Assembly (NCBI GenBank): GCA_040776945.1
Contig: JAXGZN010000001.1
Coordinates: forward strand, 352,001-416,000
Direction of reading: 5' to 3'
Source: Methanomassiliicoccaceae archaeon
Lineage (GTDB): Archaea; Thermoplasmatota; Thermoplasmata; Methanomassiliicoccales; Methanomassiliicoccaceae
DNA: 64,000 bases
Shown: piece after piece, positions 1-10,064 of the stretch
Position numbering within the stretch: position 1 is the stretch's first letter
Layout of the letters: every line of letters begins with the position of its first letter
The notes under the pieces: model-generated
The model's database searches: none
What the model was told of the DNA's origin: nothing
What the model saw: only the letters and a program-made list of their open reading frames with translations
Program-made: the position numbers and the translations under genes

Positions 1-1156
1 CCTCTTGCACCGTGGCGAACGGCCTGATGTTGGCCTTTTTCAATAGCTCAGGGTCGAGATCTGTGACGGCCCAGACATCAGCCCATACTGCGATCTCGGC
101 CATCTTGGCCGCCTTATGGTAGCCGAGCTTGTACTCCTTGGCCAGGTTCTCCAGGACCTTGCGGGGGTCCTCGGACAAGGATAGTTGTTGAAGGAAGGTA
201 TCGTGCCCTATGCCTTCCCGGCACTTCGAGACCATGATGATCGTTCCCCCTTCCTTGAGGGCCCACTTGCCGTTGTCCAGCGCCTTCTGTGACTGGTAAA
301 GGTCAACGTCCATGGGGTATGGGGCGATCGATACCACGATTTCCGCTTTTTCCTTGATCTTGACAGAGAACACCTCATTGGCCCACTTGACGGCGTGGGC
401 GAACGACTCGTGCAGGTCCCCGGCCTCTACCTTGTAGATGTTCTGGTGGCGATCGAGCACTATTTGGATAGCGAATATGGGCTTGTCCTTCACCACCTTC
501 AGGGCATCCATCATGTCCTCGTGCACCGGGTTCCCCTCGAGCACCAGGGCCTGTGCCTCTTGCTTCATCGCCAGCTTGTGGTTCTGTTCGATCGTCTTCC
601 TGGCCGCCACACCTGGCAGGAACGATTTCCTGCCGCCGGTATAACCGGCGAAGTAGTGCGGTTCCACCGATGTGATGATCACGAGCCGATCGGCGTTCAC
701 CGCCATCTCGTTCACCAGCATCTCGGTGCCGTTCTTTGAGGTGCCCAGGAACACGCAGGGATCGTTCCTGGAGCTATGAGAATGGATGTTGGGACGGAGC
801 TTCTCCAGATGTTTGCCGAATATGAAGCGGTACTCGCCCTCGGTCGGGGCCCGGTGATCGCCTGTGGCGATGAGGTACCTGGCATTTGTGAGGTCCATCC
901 TCTCGGCCAGCGCATCCAGGACCTTGCAGGTCGGCGTCGGTCTGGTCCCGTCGTTCACGATGAACACGATGTCCTTGCCGCCCTCCAGGAACTTTTCCAG
1001 AGAGGGCCCGGCCACCGGCCTGTCGAGGGCCCGCCGCAGCTCAGCGCGCTCGTCGCCGACCTCCACGTCCTTAGGATATATCTTACCGGCGAAGTTCTCC
1101 TCTGGCAGATTGAGGAACTGCTTATCGTCCTTTCCGTAAGGGATGGTCAATCTCAT
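1..1156 (-). CDS. larA: Nickel-pincer-dependent lactate racemase family protein (LarA-like), 3' end runs off the window
   Basis: Translated by hand from ATG 1156 (absent from the ORF track): MRLTIPYGK...IVNDGTRPTPT...IATGDHR...VEPHYFAGYTGGRKSFLPG...DLYQSQKAL, all LarA-family motifs. Confidence 0.88.
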   Translation of the reverse strand, partial: MRLTIPYGKDDKQFLNLPEENFAGKIYPKDVEVGDERAELRRALDRPVAGPSLEKFLEGGKDIVFIVNDGTRPTPTCKVLDALAERMDLTNARYLIATGDHRAPTEGEYRFIFGKHLEKLRPNIHSHSSRNDPCVFLGTSKNGTEMLVNEMAVNADRLVIITSVEPHYFAGYTGGRKSFLPGVAARKTIEQNHKLAMKQEAQALVLEGNPVHEDMMDALKVVKDKPIFAIQIVLDRHQNIYKVEAGDLHESFAHAVKWANEVFSVKIKEKAEIVVSIAPYPMDVDLYQSQKALDNGKWALKEGGTIIMVSKCREGIGHDTFLQQLSLSEDPRKVLENLAKEYKLGYHKAAKMAEIAVWADVWAVTDLDPELLKKANIRPFATVQE

Positions 1157-1289
1157 GGCTTGGTCCGTTTTGGAATGATGGACCCCGTATTTTAAACTTT
1201 GATAAGGTATGACATGGTATCGGGAGCTTTCCGACAGGGTCCGGACCGTAGCTGCGAAAAACACCTTTTCAACAACACTCAGGTGCACT

Positions 1290-2015
1290 TATGGACCCAT
1301 GCGCGGAGATAAGCGTAGGCCCCGGCCAAAATGCTTGAACCGTTTGCCTGCCTCGAGCGATCGGGGCCCGCTTGAACGCATGATCATCACAGCATTTCCA
1401 CTGCCTCTAAGCCGGAGCGGCGCAAGATATCGATGCGCTCCTCCGCCATGGTCGGGAAGCGTTCCGTCGGCCCTAGCGTTGTGGACGGTCGCTTCCTCCA
1501 GGATGCTGCAGTTCTCCATCGAGGACCGTTGCCAATAACGCTCGCCCATCTCGGTCCCTCTCCGGTTTGAATGAGGTATGTTCGAAAAGGCCACGAGGAC
1601 TACTGACCGCCAGGAGGTCAATGCAGGCTTGCACGCCTTTCACCATCTCATCCATCGAGAGGTGGTGATGGCATTCGAACGCGGTGATCGCATAGAACGT
1701 TCCCTCAACACGACCTGGGAGTCCCTGCCCTCCCTTCGCCGCCGAGGCCCCTTCCCGCCCCTCCGGCATGGAGATCGACGGGTCAATGATCATGAGGTTG
1801 GTGTCCGGTTGAGGGTCGAGCATGGTCCCACTCTTGACCCCGGCGTCGCGCCTGGCATCCGACCAGTGCTTGATCGGGCAAGCGGAGGATGTTCATCGCC
1901 TACCGGTGGACCATATCGTCCTGAGGAATGACCTTACGCATCCTGTCATCAAATCCGATCGGAAAATGGGGAGAGCGGTCTCGAGAGATTGTCCGATCCA
2001 GCATCAGCCCCATGC
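1290..2015 (-). pseudogene. Possible highly decayed IS5-like/ISNCY DDE transposase remnant
   Basis: Frame-shifted fragments MGLMLDRTISRDRSPHF, LMIIDPSIS and ERYWQRSSMENCS loosely resemble the PHFT, IIDxTG and YxxRxxxE motifs; no intact ORF or terminal repeats seen. Confidence 0.3.
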
Positions 2016-2092
2016 ACGATCGCCCTCGGTGAAAGCGGCACTTAGCGATGAAAAATGGAAATGATATATGCCTGGAGGTCTGTTCGCAGAGC

Positions 2093-3049
2093 ATGAAGAC
2101 CTTGGCCGATCTCGGGGAAAAGGCCGTCATCTCGCAGCTCCTTGATGATGTGAGGACCAGCGCCGTTGTGGGCCCTGGGGATGATGCCGCGGCGGTGGAG
2201 CTCGGAGATAAGTGCGTGGTAATCTCGACCGACGTGGTCTCCCGGGCCTCCCATCTTCCCAAGGGGATGACAGATTGGCAGATAGGCTGGTTCGCCGCAG
2301 CGGTGAACTTCAGCGACATTGCGGCCATGGGCGCACGGCCGGTAGGCCTGCTCTTGGCATACGTGCTGCCTCGCGACCTGCCATACGAGGACCTTGCTCG
2401 CATCAGCAAGGGGGCTCAGGACTGCTGCACGTTCGTCGGCGCGGAACTCCTAGGGGGGGATACAAAGGAAGGGGACAGCATGGTCATCGCCGGCACCGCC
2501 TTGGGTGTGGCGGACAAGGGCAAGCTGCTGCTCCGTCGCGGTGCTCGGAAAGGGGACCTTCTGGCCGTGACCGGCCCTATCGGTTCGGCAGGGGCAGGGT
2601 TCACCGCTCTGAAGAGAGGCATCTTTGCTCCCCGCTCGGTCAAGGCGCTGCTTGAGCCGCAACCCCGGACCAAGGAGGGTATGTCGCTATCGTCCTCGGG
2701 CAGGGTCACCTCGTGCATGGACATCACCGACGGCCTCGCCTACTCGGTCGGAGAGCTTTCCCGGCAGAGCGGGGTTGGATTCGAGGTCCAATGGTGCTCG
2801 ATCCCCCGGGGTGAAGAGGTGGCGAAGGTCGCCGCCAAGAGCGGGGTGGCGATAGAGGACATGGTCCTGCACTTCGGTGGCGACTACGAGCTCCTGTTCA
2901 CCATATCACCTGGAGGTTATGAGGAGCTGAACAAAGAGCTTGGAGGCAGGCTGCATATCATAGGGCGAGCCATCGAGAAGGAAAATGTATTAATCAGAGA
3001 TGATGAGGTAGTTCAACTGGACACCAGGGGCTATGAGCATTTCAGATGA
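2093..3049 (+). CDS. thiL: Thiamine-monophosphate kinase
   Basis: GPGDDAA, AVNFSDIAAMGARP, GGDT, MDITDGL and GGDYELLFT motifs; ATG 2093 preferred over 2048. Confidence 0.95.
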   Translation: MKTLADLGEKAVISQLLDDVRTSAVVGPGDDAAAVELGDKCVVISTDVVSRASHLPKGMTDWQIGWFAAAVNFSDIAAMGARPVGLLLAYVLPRDLPYEDLARISKGAQDCCTFVGAELLGGDTKEGDSMVIAGTALGVADKGKLLLRRGARKGDLLAVTGPIGSAGAGFTALKRGIFAPRSVKALLEPQPRTKEGMSLSSSGRVTSCMDITDGLAYSVGELSRQSGVGFEVQWCSIPRGEEVAKVAAKSGVAIEDMVLHFGGDYELLFTISPGGYEELNKELGGRLHIIGRAIEKENVLIRDDEVVQLDTRGYEHFR

Positions 3050-5165
3050 CGGCAGGCATGAGGCAAGGTTCTGGTTCACTGAGGGAGAGCGCATACGATG
3101 CCGCCTATGCCCACATAACTGCAGCATCAGCCCTCTGAGGCGCGGGATCTGCGGGGTCCGGGAGAACCGCGACGGCAAGCTGTACAGCATGAACTATGGC
3201 AAGGTGTCGTCCATTAACGTGGACCCCATCGAGAAGAAGCCGCTGTTCCACTTCTATCCTGGAGAGGAGGTGTTCTCCCTCGGCAGTGTGGGATGCAATT
3301 TCAGGTGCAGGCATTGCTTTGTTCCTGGGACCTTCGTCGTGACGAGCGCAGGATCGCATCGGATCGAGGAGATAACGGGGATAGACAAGGACGAGCTGTT
3401 GACCCATTCCGGAAGGTTCATGAAGGTCAAGGACGTCTTCGACCACCATTATGCCGGCCAAGTCTGCAGGGTGAGGCCTGCGAACCTACCTGAGATCGTT
3501 TGTACTCCACAACATCGGTTCCTCGCTTCGGTCGGTCCTAGCTCAGATCTCGTTCATATTGTAGAGGCCCAGGAACTAAGAGAGGAACATTTCGTCGTGA
3601 TCCCCAAGAGGAAAGAGGCGGGTGAGGTCCAGAGCACCGGCCACAGGCCGGCCGATGGTAATGCTCCCGATAGTACACGTCATTGGCGCCATGCCTCCCC
3701 TGAGGCTGGGACCGACCCCAGGTTAGCGCGCCTCCTTGGCCTTTTTTGTGCCAGAGGACAAGTGAGCGGGCTTGCCGGCAGAGCGGACCTGTTTGACATC
3801 CTTCTCTCCTTTGCCTCCTCGGATAACGGCCTTGCCGAAGAGGTTCAGGCCGCCTGCCATGACCTTTTCGGCGCCGATGTTCGTATTGACAATGGAGGGC
3901 GATCGCTCAAGGCCTGCGTAGGAGTGTCGATCGCCAAGATGTTCGTAGAACTATGCGGTGCCGACAGCATGACCAGGAAGGTGCCTGGCTTCATGTTCAA
4001 CAGCCCTAAAGGTATCGTTGGTCCCTTTCTTCAAGGTTATTTTGAAGGCAACGGATGTTATAGGAATGACCGCTCAGAGGCTTATGCCGCCTCCAGATCA
4101 TTGGCGATGGGCATCTGCGAGCTTCTGATCAACCAGGGAGCGGTCCCTGCGCTCGATCTATGCGGCCCTGATGCGCAGCGTCCGTCGGTCGGCGGAAAGG
4201 CGGAGCTCTGTGCCGAGCATGTCATCCGGGTCCCCTCAGCGTTCGACTTTGTTCGAGGGAAATGGAAGAGCGGGTACAGACCGTTCTACCACGAGGACGA
4301 GAATTATTTCTTCATTCCGGTCCGTTCGGTCTCCAGAGAACAGTATGAGGGCAGAGTCCACAACTTAGAGGTGGAGGGGGACCACACATATACGGCCAAC
4401 TTCGCGGCAGTATGCAATTGCCAGAACTACAACATCTCCATGGCCTCTCTCAGCGAGTTCGGGCTGAAGGACATTAGGCCGGAGGAGGTCTCGGAGATGG
4501 CACTGTCCAACGGCTGCCGGGGGATCGCCTTCACCTACAACGAGCCGACCATATGGCATGAGTTCGCCTACGACGCCATGGGGCCGGCCAAGGAGAAGGG
4601 CATGTTCACCGTCTACGTGACCAATGGCTACATCCAAGAGGATCCCCTCCGCGAGCTGTCTGACCGACTGGACGCAATGAACATAGACGTCAAGGGCTTC
4701 AGCCAGCGGTTCTATGATAAGGTCTGCCTTGCATCGCTGCAGCCGGTGCTCGACACCGTCGCCTTGGCGCACGGGCTGGGGATCCACATCGAGCTCACGT
4801 ACCTGATAATCCCCGGAGAGAATGACCAAAGGGAGGAGATAAGGAGGTTCTCGGAGTGGGTGTCCGACCTGGATCCCCGCATTCCTGTCCACTTCACCAG
4901 GTTCCATCCGGACTATAAGATGGCCGACAGGCCGCCAACGCCCATCCCGACGATGGAGATGGCACGAGATGTCGGCAGGGAGGCGGGCCTGAAGTTCGTC
5001 TACCTCGGCAACGTTGCGCTCACGCACGGCGAAGATACCTTCTGCCCGGAGTGCCGCCGCCTTGTCGCTGAGCGCCGGAGGTTCGGGGTCATGAGGGTCG
5101 AGGCCCGAAACGGGCGCTGCCCGAGCTGCGGGCATGATCTGTACATGGTCCAAAGGAGCGGTTGA
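3033..5165 (+). CDS. amrS: AmmeMemoRadiSam system radical SAM enzyme (PflA-like) containing an intein
   Basis: CRLCPHNC...CGVREN, DPIEKKPLFHFYPG, CNFRCRH[intein]CQN, AFTYNEPTIW, TNGYI, HFTRFHPDY, C-terminal CPEC/CPSC. Confidence 0.92.
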   Translation: MSISDDGRHEARFWFTEGERIRCRLCPHNCSISPLRRGICGVRENRDGKLYSMNYGKVSSINVDPIEKKPLFHFYPGEEVFSLGSVGCNFRCRHCFVPGTFVVTSAGSHRIEEITGIDKDELLTHSGRFMKVKDVFDHHYAGQVCRVRPANLPEIVCTPQHRFLASVGPSSDLVHIVEAQELREEHFVVIPKRKEAGEVQSTGHRPADGNAPDSTRHWRHASPEAGTDPRLARLLGLFCARGQVSGLAGRADLFDILLSFASSDNGLAEEVQAACHDLFGADVRIDNGGRSLKACVGVSIAKMFVELCGADSMTRKVPGFMFNSPKGIVGPFLQGYFEGNGCYRNDRSEAYAASRSLAMGICELLINQGAVPALDLCGPDAQRPSVGGKAELCAEHVIRVPSAFDFVRGKWKSGYRPFYHEDENYFFIPVRSVSREQYEGRVHNLEVEGDHTYTANFAAVCNCQNYNISMASLSEFGLKDIRPEEVSEMALSNGCRGIAFTYNEPTIWHEFAYDAMGPAKEKGMFTVYVTNGYIQEDPLRELSDRLDAMNIDVKGFSQRFYDKVCLASLQPVLDTVALAHGLGIHIELTYLIIPGENDQREEIRRFSEWVSDLDPRIPVHFTRFHPDYKMADRPPTPIPTMEMARDVGREAGLKFVYLGNVALTHGEDTFCPECRRLVAERRRFGVMRVEARNGRCPSCGHDLYMVQRSG
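3315..4418 (+). mobile_element. 368-aa intein with degenerate LAGLIDADG homing endonuclease
   Basis: Block A CFVPGTFV, block B CTPQHRF, LAGLIDADG-like LLGLFCARG and FLQGYFEGNG, blocks F/G VHNLEVEGDHTYTANFAAVCN|C; removal restores CxxxCxxC. Confidence 0.93.
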
Positions 5166-5457
5166 GCGGCTCGGTCCGAGGAGCTGGGCCAACGTTTCCA
5201 AGAAATGACGAGCTGGAGGTAGGCGAGGTCCCTCTTAGCCTGTCCCGCGGCGCCGATGCTCGTGATCCATGGCCCGCCGAAACGCCCAGGGACGTCGTGG
5301 CCGTGGCGGTCCTGATGCGCCGTACCGGCAGGGAGATAGGAAGAAAGAAGGGCGCTTGCCGGGTTGAAGGGACGGGGACCACGCTGAGGAGCGGCATGTC
5401 CCTCTAGGTCGCAAGCGTCTCTGTGCGGCCTCTGTGCTCTGAGATCGATATGTTATA

Positions 5458-6342
5458 TCAGCTCAGGAACAGGAAGATTATGTTGCCGACCACGACCGAG
5501 AACGCCAGGGAGGCGGCGATAGGGATAAGGAACGGTATCTTGGGAGTTACCCAGACCTCCTTGGACCCAAGCTCCGCCAATCTGTCGAGGTCGGCGGCGG
5601 TGTCCTCCGACGGCCCGGGGAAGACGCTGAACTTCCTTTCGCCGTTCTCAACGCGTTCCATCGGCCACACGTGCTTTTTCCTGGCCTCCGCCAAGGGCAT
5701 GACGTACCCGAAGGCCATGGCGGGGAACCTGAACTGCCGCCTGGAGATGTTGATAGCCATCATCGCCACCGGCACCGCGAGGGTCAGGATGGCCGCGTTG
5801 AACAGGACCAGCATCGGGAACGGTAGCACGAACTGAGCGGTCTCGAAGGGGATGGCGATCAGCGGTAGAGGACCTATCTGGGGATAGGTCGGGAACATTA
5901 TGGCAAGCGCGATCAATGCCTTGGCATCGGCCCCGCCCTTAATGACATCGAACTGATACAGCAGGATCAGCGCCAGGAACATTATGGGCACCATCATCAG
6001 CTGCCAGAAGTATAGTTCGGAATGGAATTGGTAGACCATCCATCCAAGTATGGCAAGGCCGGCGGCGTAAAGTGCCAGTGGAGCTACGTTTATTCCGTCC
6101 TCGAACATCCCCCTGCGCTCCCAGAATATGTCGACGAAGAATATCGCTATGGGCACGAGGATCGCCAAGTAGGTGAGGTCTGCCCCGTCCATGACCATCT
6201 GGGCGGCTATCAGCACCATGCCCGCTCCCCCGATTACCATCCAATAGGCGTCAGAGGCCTCTCTTGTCCTCCAATCCGATCGGGCTGCCAGCGTCAGGGC
6301 GGCGAGAGATATGGAGACCTTGAGGAGGGGCATCCAGTCCAT
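5458..6342 (-). CDS. Prepilin/preflagellin peptidase (A24 family, FlaK/PibD-like)
   Basis: Multi-TM protein with SDWRTRE, GGADAKAL (GxGD-type) and the C-terminal VWVTPKIPFLIPI archaeal A24 motif. Confidence 0.88.
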   Translation of the reverse strand: MDWMPLLKVSISLAALTLAARSDWRTREASDAYWMVIGGAGMVLIAAQMVMDGADLTYLAILVPIAIFFVDIFWERRGMFEDGINVAPLALYAAGLAILGWMVYQFHSELYFWQLMMVPIMFLALILLYQFDVIKGGADAKALIALAIMFPTYPQIGPLPLIAIPFETAQFVLPFPMLVLFNAAILTLAVPVAMMAINISRRQFRFPAMAFGYVMPLAEARKKHVWPMERVENGERKFSVFPGPSEDTAADLDRLAELGSKEVWVTPKIPFLIPIAASLAFSVVVGNIIFLFLS

Positions 6343-6429
6343 GATGGCGGTCAATCAGGGATCGGATAAATATCCTTCTCCCCGATTTTCAGGGAAGATT
6401 AATTAAGCAAAAACCGTTCCGCCCAGACA

Positions 6430-7965
6430 ATGAGAGAGAGCTTGGTCCTTTCCTCCCTTTCTGTGGTCCTCATCGCAGTCCTTCTCGCCCCCTCGGTCGC
6501 GGCCGAGGGCGTCAACGTCCTGGAGATGAGCGATGGCTATGACAAGATCGAGGACGCATCGGAGTCTGTGAGCTTCACCTGGGTGATCTATAATAACGAC
6601 ACCGGACCTTATTTGGTACAGGCCGCCGCGGCAATGGGGCTGGATGGTTCAGGGGCATATCCGCACAATATCGCTCTGAGCATGAACCATAATTACAGCA
6701 CTCTGGCCCCTGGGCAGAGCGGAGAGATCGTCCTGACCGTTTCCGCGGACAGGACCGCGTCGTCCGTCGATTTTCCGGTGTACGTGAACCTCACCTTCAC
6801 CCGCATGGACGCCCCTGAGCAGGTACAGCTCGTCTCCAAGACCGTGCATGTTCACGTTATTGCGATGTTCGAGTCCAGCGGCAACCGGATCTTCGGGACC
6901 TGGGAGAACACATTGCCGGCCCCGTTCAACTCCGTGGAATGGTCGTTCGTTCTCACTATACTAATGTGGGTCCTGATCGCCGCGGCGATCTACTTCGTCA
7001 TCGACCCCATCATCCATAAGTTCACCAGGAAGACCAGGACCGATCTTGACGATCGGATACTGGAGATCACCAGGATGCCTATCTTCGCCCTGATCATCTC
7101 CTTTGGCCTGGTGGACTCCCTCGCCATCCTGGACATATCTCAGACGCTGCACTTCACTATCATGCAGATTTACGAGGTGGGGGTGGTCCTCATCATCGCC
7201 TACACCGCATACCGTATCTTCGACCGGGTGGTTATCTTCTACGCCCAGAAGTGGTCGGCCAAGACCGACACGGAGATCGATGATGTGTTGGTGCCCCTTC
7301 TTCAGAAGGCAGGCGTAATGATCATACCCTCTATCGGACTTGTGACCGTCCTCAGTATACTGGGCATAAACGTCACGCTGCTGATAGCCGGCATGGGGGT
7401 CATCGGACTTGTTGTAGCCTTCGCCGTGCAGCAGACCTTGGGGAACCTCTTCGCTGGACTGCAGCTCCTGCTCGATCGCCCGTTCAAGGTGGGAGACCTG
7501 ATCGAGCTGGAGTCCGGTGACGTCTGCGAGGTGAGAAAGATAGGCCTCCGTTCCACGACCATGTACAACACTGGTGATCATGAGATCATCATAGTGCCGA
7601 ACAATGACATGGTCAACAAGAAGGTCGTTAACTACTCGAGACCGGACCGCCATCGCTCCATGAGCTGCGAGATCGGCGTTGCCTACGGCACCGATCTGAA
7701 CAAGGTTAAAAGGTCCCTTCTGGACGTGGCGATGGAGCATCCGGACGTCATCAAGGAAGATGGTCAGATGCCGTACGTCCGCCTGGCAAGGTTCAGCGCC
7801 TCCTCGGTCGACTACAAGCTATGGTACTGGGTGGACATCAAGAACATGTGGAGGGTGGCCTCTGAGGTCCGGCAGGCGGTTTACGACCGCTTCAACAAGG
7901 AAGGAATCGAGATACCTTTCCCACAGAGCGTGGTGACCTTCAAGAACGGCGTTCCTCAGGAGTGA
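6430..7965 (+). CDS. mscS: MscS mechanosensitive channel with signal peptide and extracellular beta-rich N-terminal domain
   Basis: AFAVQQTLGNLFAG, DRPFKVGD, IGLRST, IVPNN, NYS, IGVAYGTD, GIEIPFPQ. Confidence 0.92.
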   Translation: MRESLVLSSLSVVLIAVLLAPSVAAEGVNVLEMSDGYDKIEDASESVSFTWVIYNNDTGPYLVQAAAAMGLDGSGAYPHNIALSMNHNYSTLAPGQSGEIVLTVSADRTASSVDFPVYVNLTFTRMDAPEQVQLVSKTVHVHVIAMFESSGNRIFGTWENTLPAPFNSVEWSFVLTILMWVLIAAAIYFVIDPIIHKFTRKTRTDLDDRILEITRMPIFALIISFGLVDSLAILDISQTLHFTIMQIYEVGVVLIIAYTAYRIFDRVVIFYAQKWSAKTDTEIDDVLVPLLQKAGVMIIPSIGLVTVLSILGINVTLLIAGMGVIGLVVAFAVQQTLGNLFAGLQLLLDRPFKVGDLIELESGDVCEVRKIGLRSTTMYNTGDHEIIIVPNNDMVNKKVVNYSRPDRHRSMSCEIGVAYGTDLNKVKRSLLDVAMEHPDVIKEDGQMPYVRLARFSASSVDYKLWYWVDIKNMWRVASEVRQAVYDRFNKEGIEIPFPQSVVTFKNGVPQE

Positions 7966-8021
7966 TCCGGACCCTTGCCCCCATTCACCTTTTTAGAGAT
8001 GCAGGCGCCCGCCACAGCGGG

Positions 8022-8065
8022 GATGGGGGCGAGAGCTTATCGGAAACCGCTCTCGTTCCCCCATC
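8022..8065 (+). repeat. Strong imperfect hairpin, probably the left-end palindrome of the adjacent IS605-type remnant (or an mscS terminator)
   Basis: GATGGGGG-CGAGAGC...GCTCTCG-TT-CCCCCATC. Confidence 0.55.
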
Positions 8066-8086
8066 GAACGTTCTTTCATGACCTGA

Positions 8087-8430
8087 TGAAGACGGAAACC
8101 GTGCTCGTTCACAAGTTCCGTCTTTGCCTCACTAACGAGAAAGGGCGGAGATCTCCGTTTGCGTTGGAGATGCACCGCTGGGCCAACAGCAACTTTCCCG
8201 GCCTCGTTGAAATGGGGTGCAGGGCCGTGCCAAGCTGTGAGCGCTCCACCTTATCCGGGAAAGGGGACCGATCGCGGCACCCGGGGCGTTCGTTCCAACG
8301 CCTTCCAATACAAGGTGCATCGTCCGTTCTCGAAGCCAACGGCCCTCCAAGAGCGGAAAGGAAGAGGCCGCGGAGCGGGCCATCTGCGGTCCGAGCCATC
8401 GGACCTTTATTGGCCCGCGTCCAATAGTGG
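8087..8430 (+). pseudogene. tnpB: Decayed N-terminal fragment of IS200/IS605 tnpB
   Basis: MKTETVLVHKFRLCLTNEKGRRSPFALEMHRWANSNF resembles the OrfB HTH (YKFRLYPT..Q....LE.CRWVYN); after a frameshift VRSNAFQYKVHRPFSKPTALQERKGRGRGAGHLRSE resembles VYSK.LQ....RLF....AL...K..GRKVG.LRFK; no RuvC part. Confidence 0.65.
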
Positions 8431-9211
8431 TCCGGGCCAAGACCGCTGCCCAGTTATGCCAGGTTCGCTACCTCCACCATAGCGAGGGGGGTGGCATCCA
8501 CATCCGACCGCGCCGTGCCGCCAACGGCATAAATAGTGGTGTGGCCGTTCCCCAAGATCGCTCGGGGAAGTGGTTCTGTGCTGTTGATCATCGATGACAG
8601 CAAGGGAGCTGAGATGCTTGACCTCTTCGACAGGCTTGCGGTGACAGGTGTCGGTACTGGGGGGATCTATGCCGTAAACAGTGATGGCCAGTAGATCGAG
8701 GCCTCCCGGGCCATCAGATATGAGAATTAAATGGACCGAGCTGCCGGCCGAATCGCTTCTACGAGGTGAGGTTTACGAACGAACGCGAGAAGCGGGGTGA
8801 TATCGTAGCGCGTGGCCGTTAAATGGTAAAGGGTCGGGGCGGCGGTCCCTGGAATAATGATGCCGGGGATAATGTGACCAATGCGATGTTATATTGACCG
8901 AGAGGCCGCGTCCGATGAACGGTTTGTTAAGAGATAGCGCTAGAAACGCTTTTCCAGAGAGCTGGCTACCGTCCTTGCGGACCCAAGGGGCCCATGTCCG
9001 TGCCTTTTCATCAGTGGTCCTCGATCGTGGCTCACGGATGGCGTGGTCGGAACGACCGGAACGAACGCCCGTGGGCAAACGACCCCTACTGGCCTTATAA
9101 TAGGCCCAGCAAACCGATCGAATGAGATATGAATGCCTGCCCGCAAGGGAGGGGCTGTTCACTCAACTATTTCTAGCCTCGACGCCAATCCCCTGTGTTC
9201 GAGGAAAGTGA

Positions 9212-9712
9212 ATGGACGTGGGCACAGCGATCCGGACCAGGAGAAGCGTTCGCAGGTATAAGAGGAAAGAGATACCTGACGGGACCCTCAGGGACATACT
9301 GGAGGCTGCCCGTCTGGCCCCCTCGGCCGCCAATCGTCAAGCTTGGGAGATGATAGTGGTCAAGGACCCGGGGCTGAAGGCGGAACTCGTGCCGCTCTGC
9401 AAGAACCAGAAGTTCATCGGCGATTGCTCCGCCTTCCTGGTGGCTATCGAGGACCCCTCTCAAAGATGGAGCCGGGTAGATGCCGCCATTATGCTCGACC
9501 ATATCACCCTGGCGGCGCATGAGAAGGGTCTCGGCACATGCTGGATCGGAGCTTTCGATAAGGTCCAGGTGGGATCTCTGCTCAAGGTGCCGCCGAACAA
9601 GGAGATCATGGCCTGCTTGACGTTGGGCTATCCCGATGAGGACCCTGACGCCCGCCTCAGGAAACCCCCGGAGGAGCTTTTCCATGTGGACCATTACGGA
9701 AGGAGACAGTGA
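9212..9712 (+). CDS. Nitroreductase family protein
   Basis: RRSVRRY, APSAANRQAW, GLGTCWIG, LGYP. Confidence 0.93.
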   Translation: MDVGTAIRTRRSVRRYKRKEIPDGTLRDILEAARLAPSAANRQAWEMIVVKDPGLKAELVPLCKNQKFIGDCSAFLVAIEDPSQRWSRVDAAIMLDHITLAAHEKGLGTCWIGAFDKVQVGSLLKVPPNKEIMACLTLGYPDEDPDARLRKPPEELFHVDHYGRRQ

Positions 9713-10064
9713 TCCTTATTCAATAGAGGACAACTGGCTTCGATGAACGGTCCTGCGGAAATTTCTTTGTCCGATCATGATGCTGGCCGGACGGAGGCCT
9801 TTCATGCGAGGAGAGGAGTGATCGGGCCTGTTCCAACCGGCCCTCAGAAGCTGCAAGGTGTGGTAATGGCAGATCGACATGCCTTCGCAGGCGCCTTTGC
9901 GATGGACTATGGCCTGGAGCTACCTTGCTTCTCATCCAGCGGCCGTCCTGCTGATCGGCCGGCGGGGAGCATCCTTTCCCCACGATCCGGCATCGAATTG
10001 TTAGATGCGGCTCGAAAAGAACGAAGCGGCCATTGGAACATATATCTAGGGCCGGATATGAACA

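Noticed and set aside
8083-8125. CTGATGA followed by a stem (AGACGGAA...TTCCGTCT), hammerhead-ribozyme-like
   Set aside because: No GAAA after the stem and no stems I/III; the sequence overlaps the start of the tnpB relic
8541-8730. Short ORF (WPFPKIARG...NSDGQ-TAG-IEASRAIRYEN) with a possible amber readthrough
   Set aside because: No recognisable family or RBS; cannot be distinguished from chance
7966-9211. RNase P RNA, SRP RNA or tRNA in the large gap after mscS
   Set aside because: No GAGGAAAGUCC, SRP helix-8 or T-loop consensus found on either strand; partly explained by the tnpB relic
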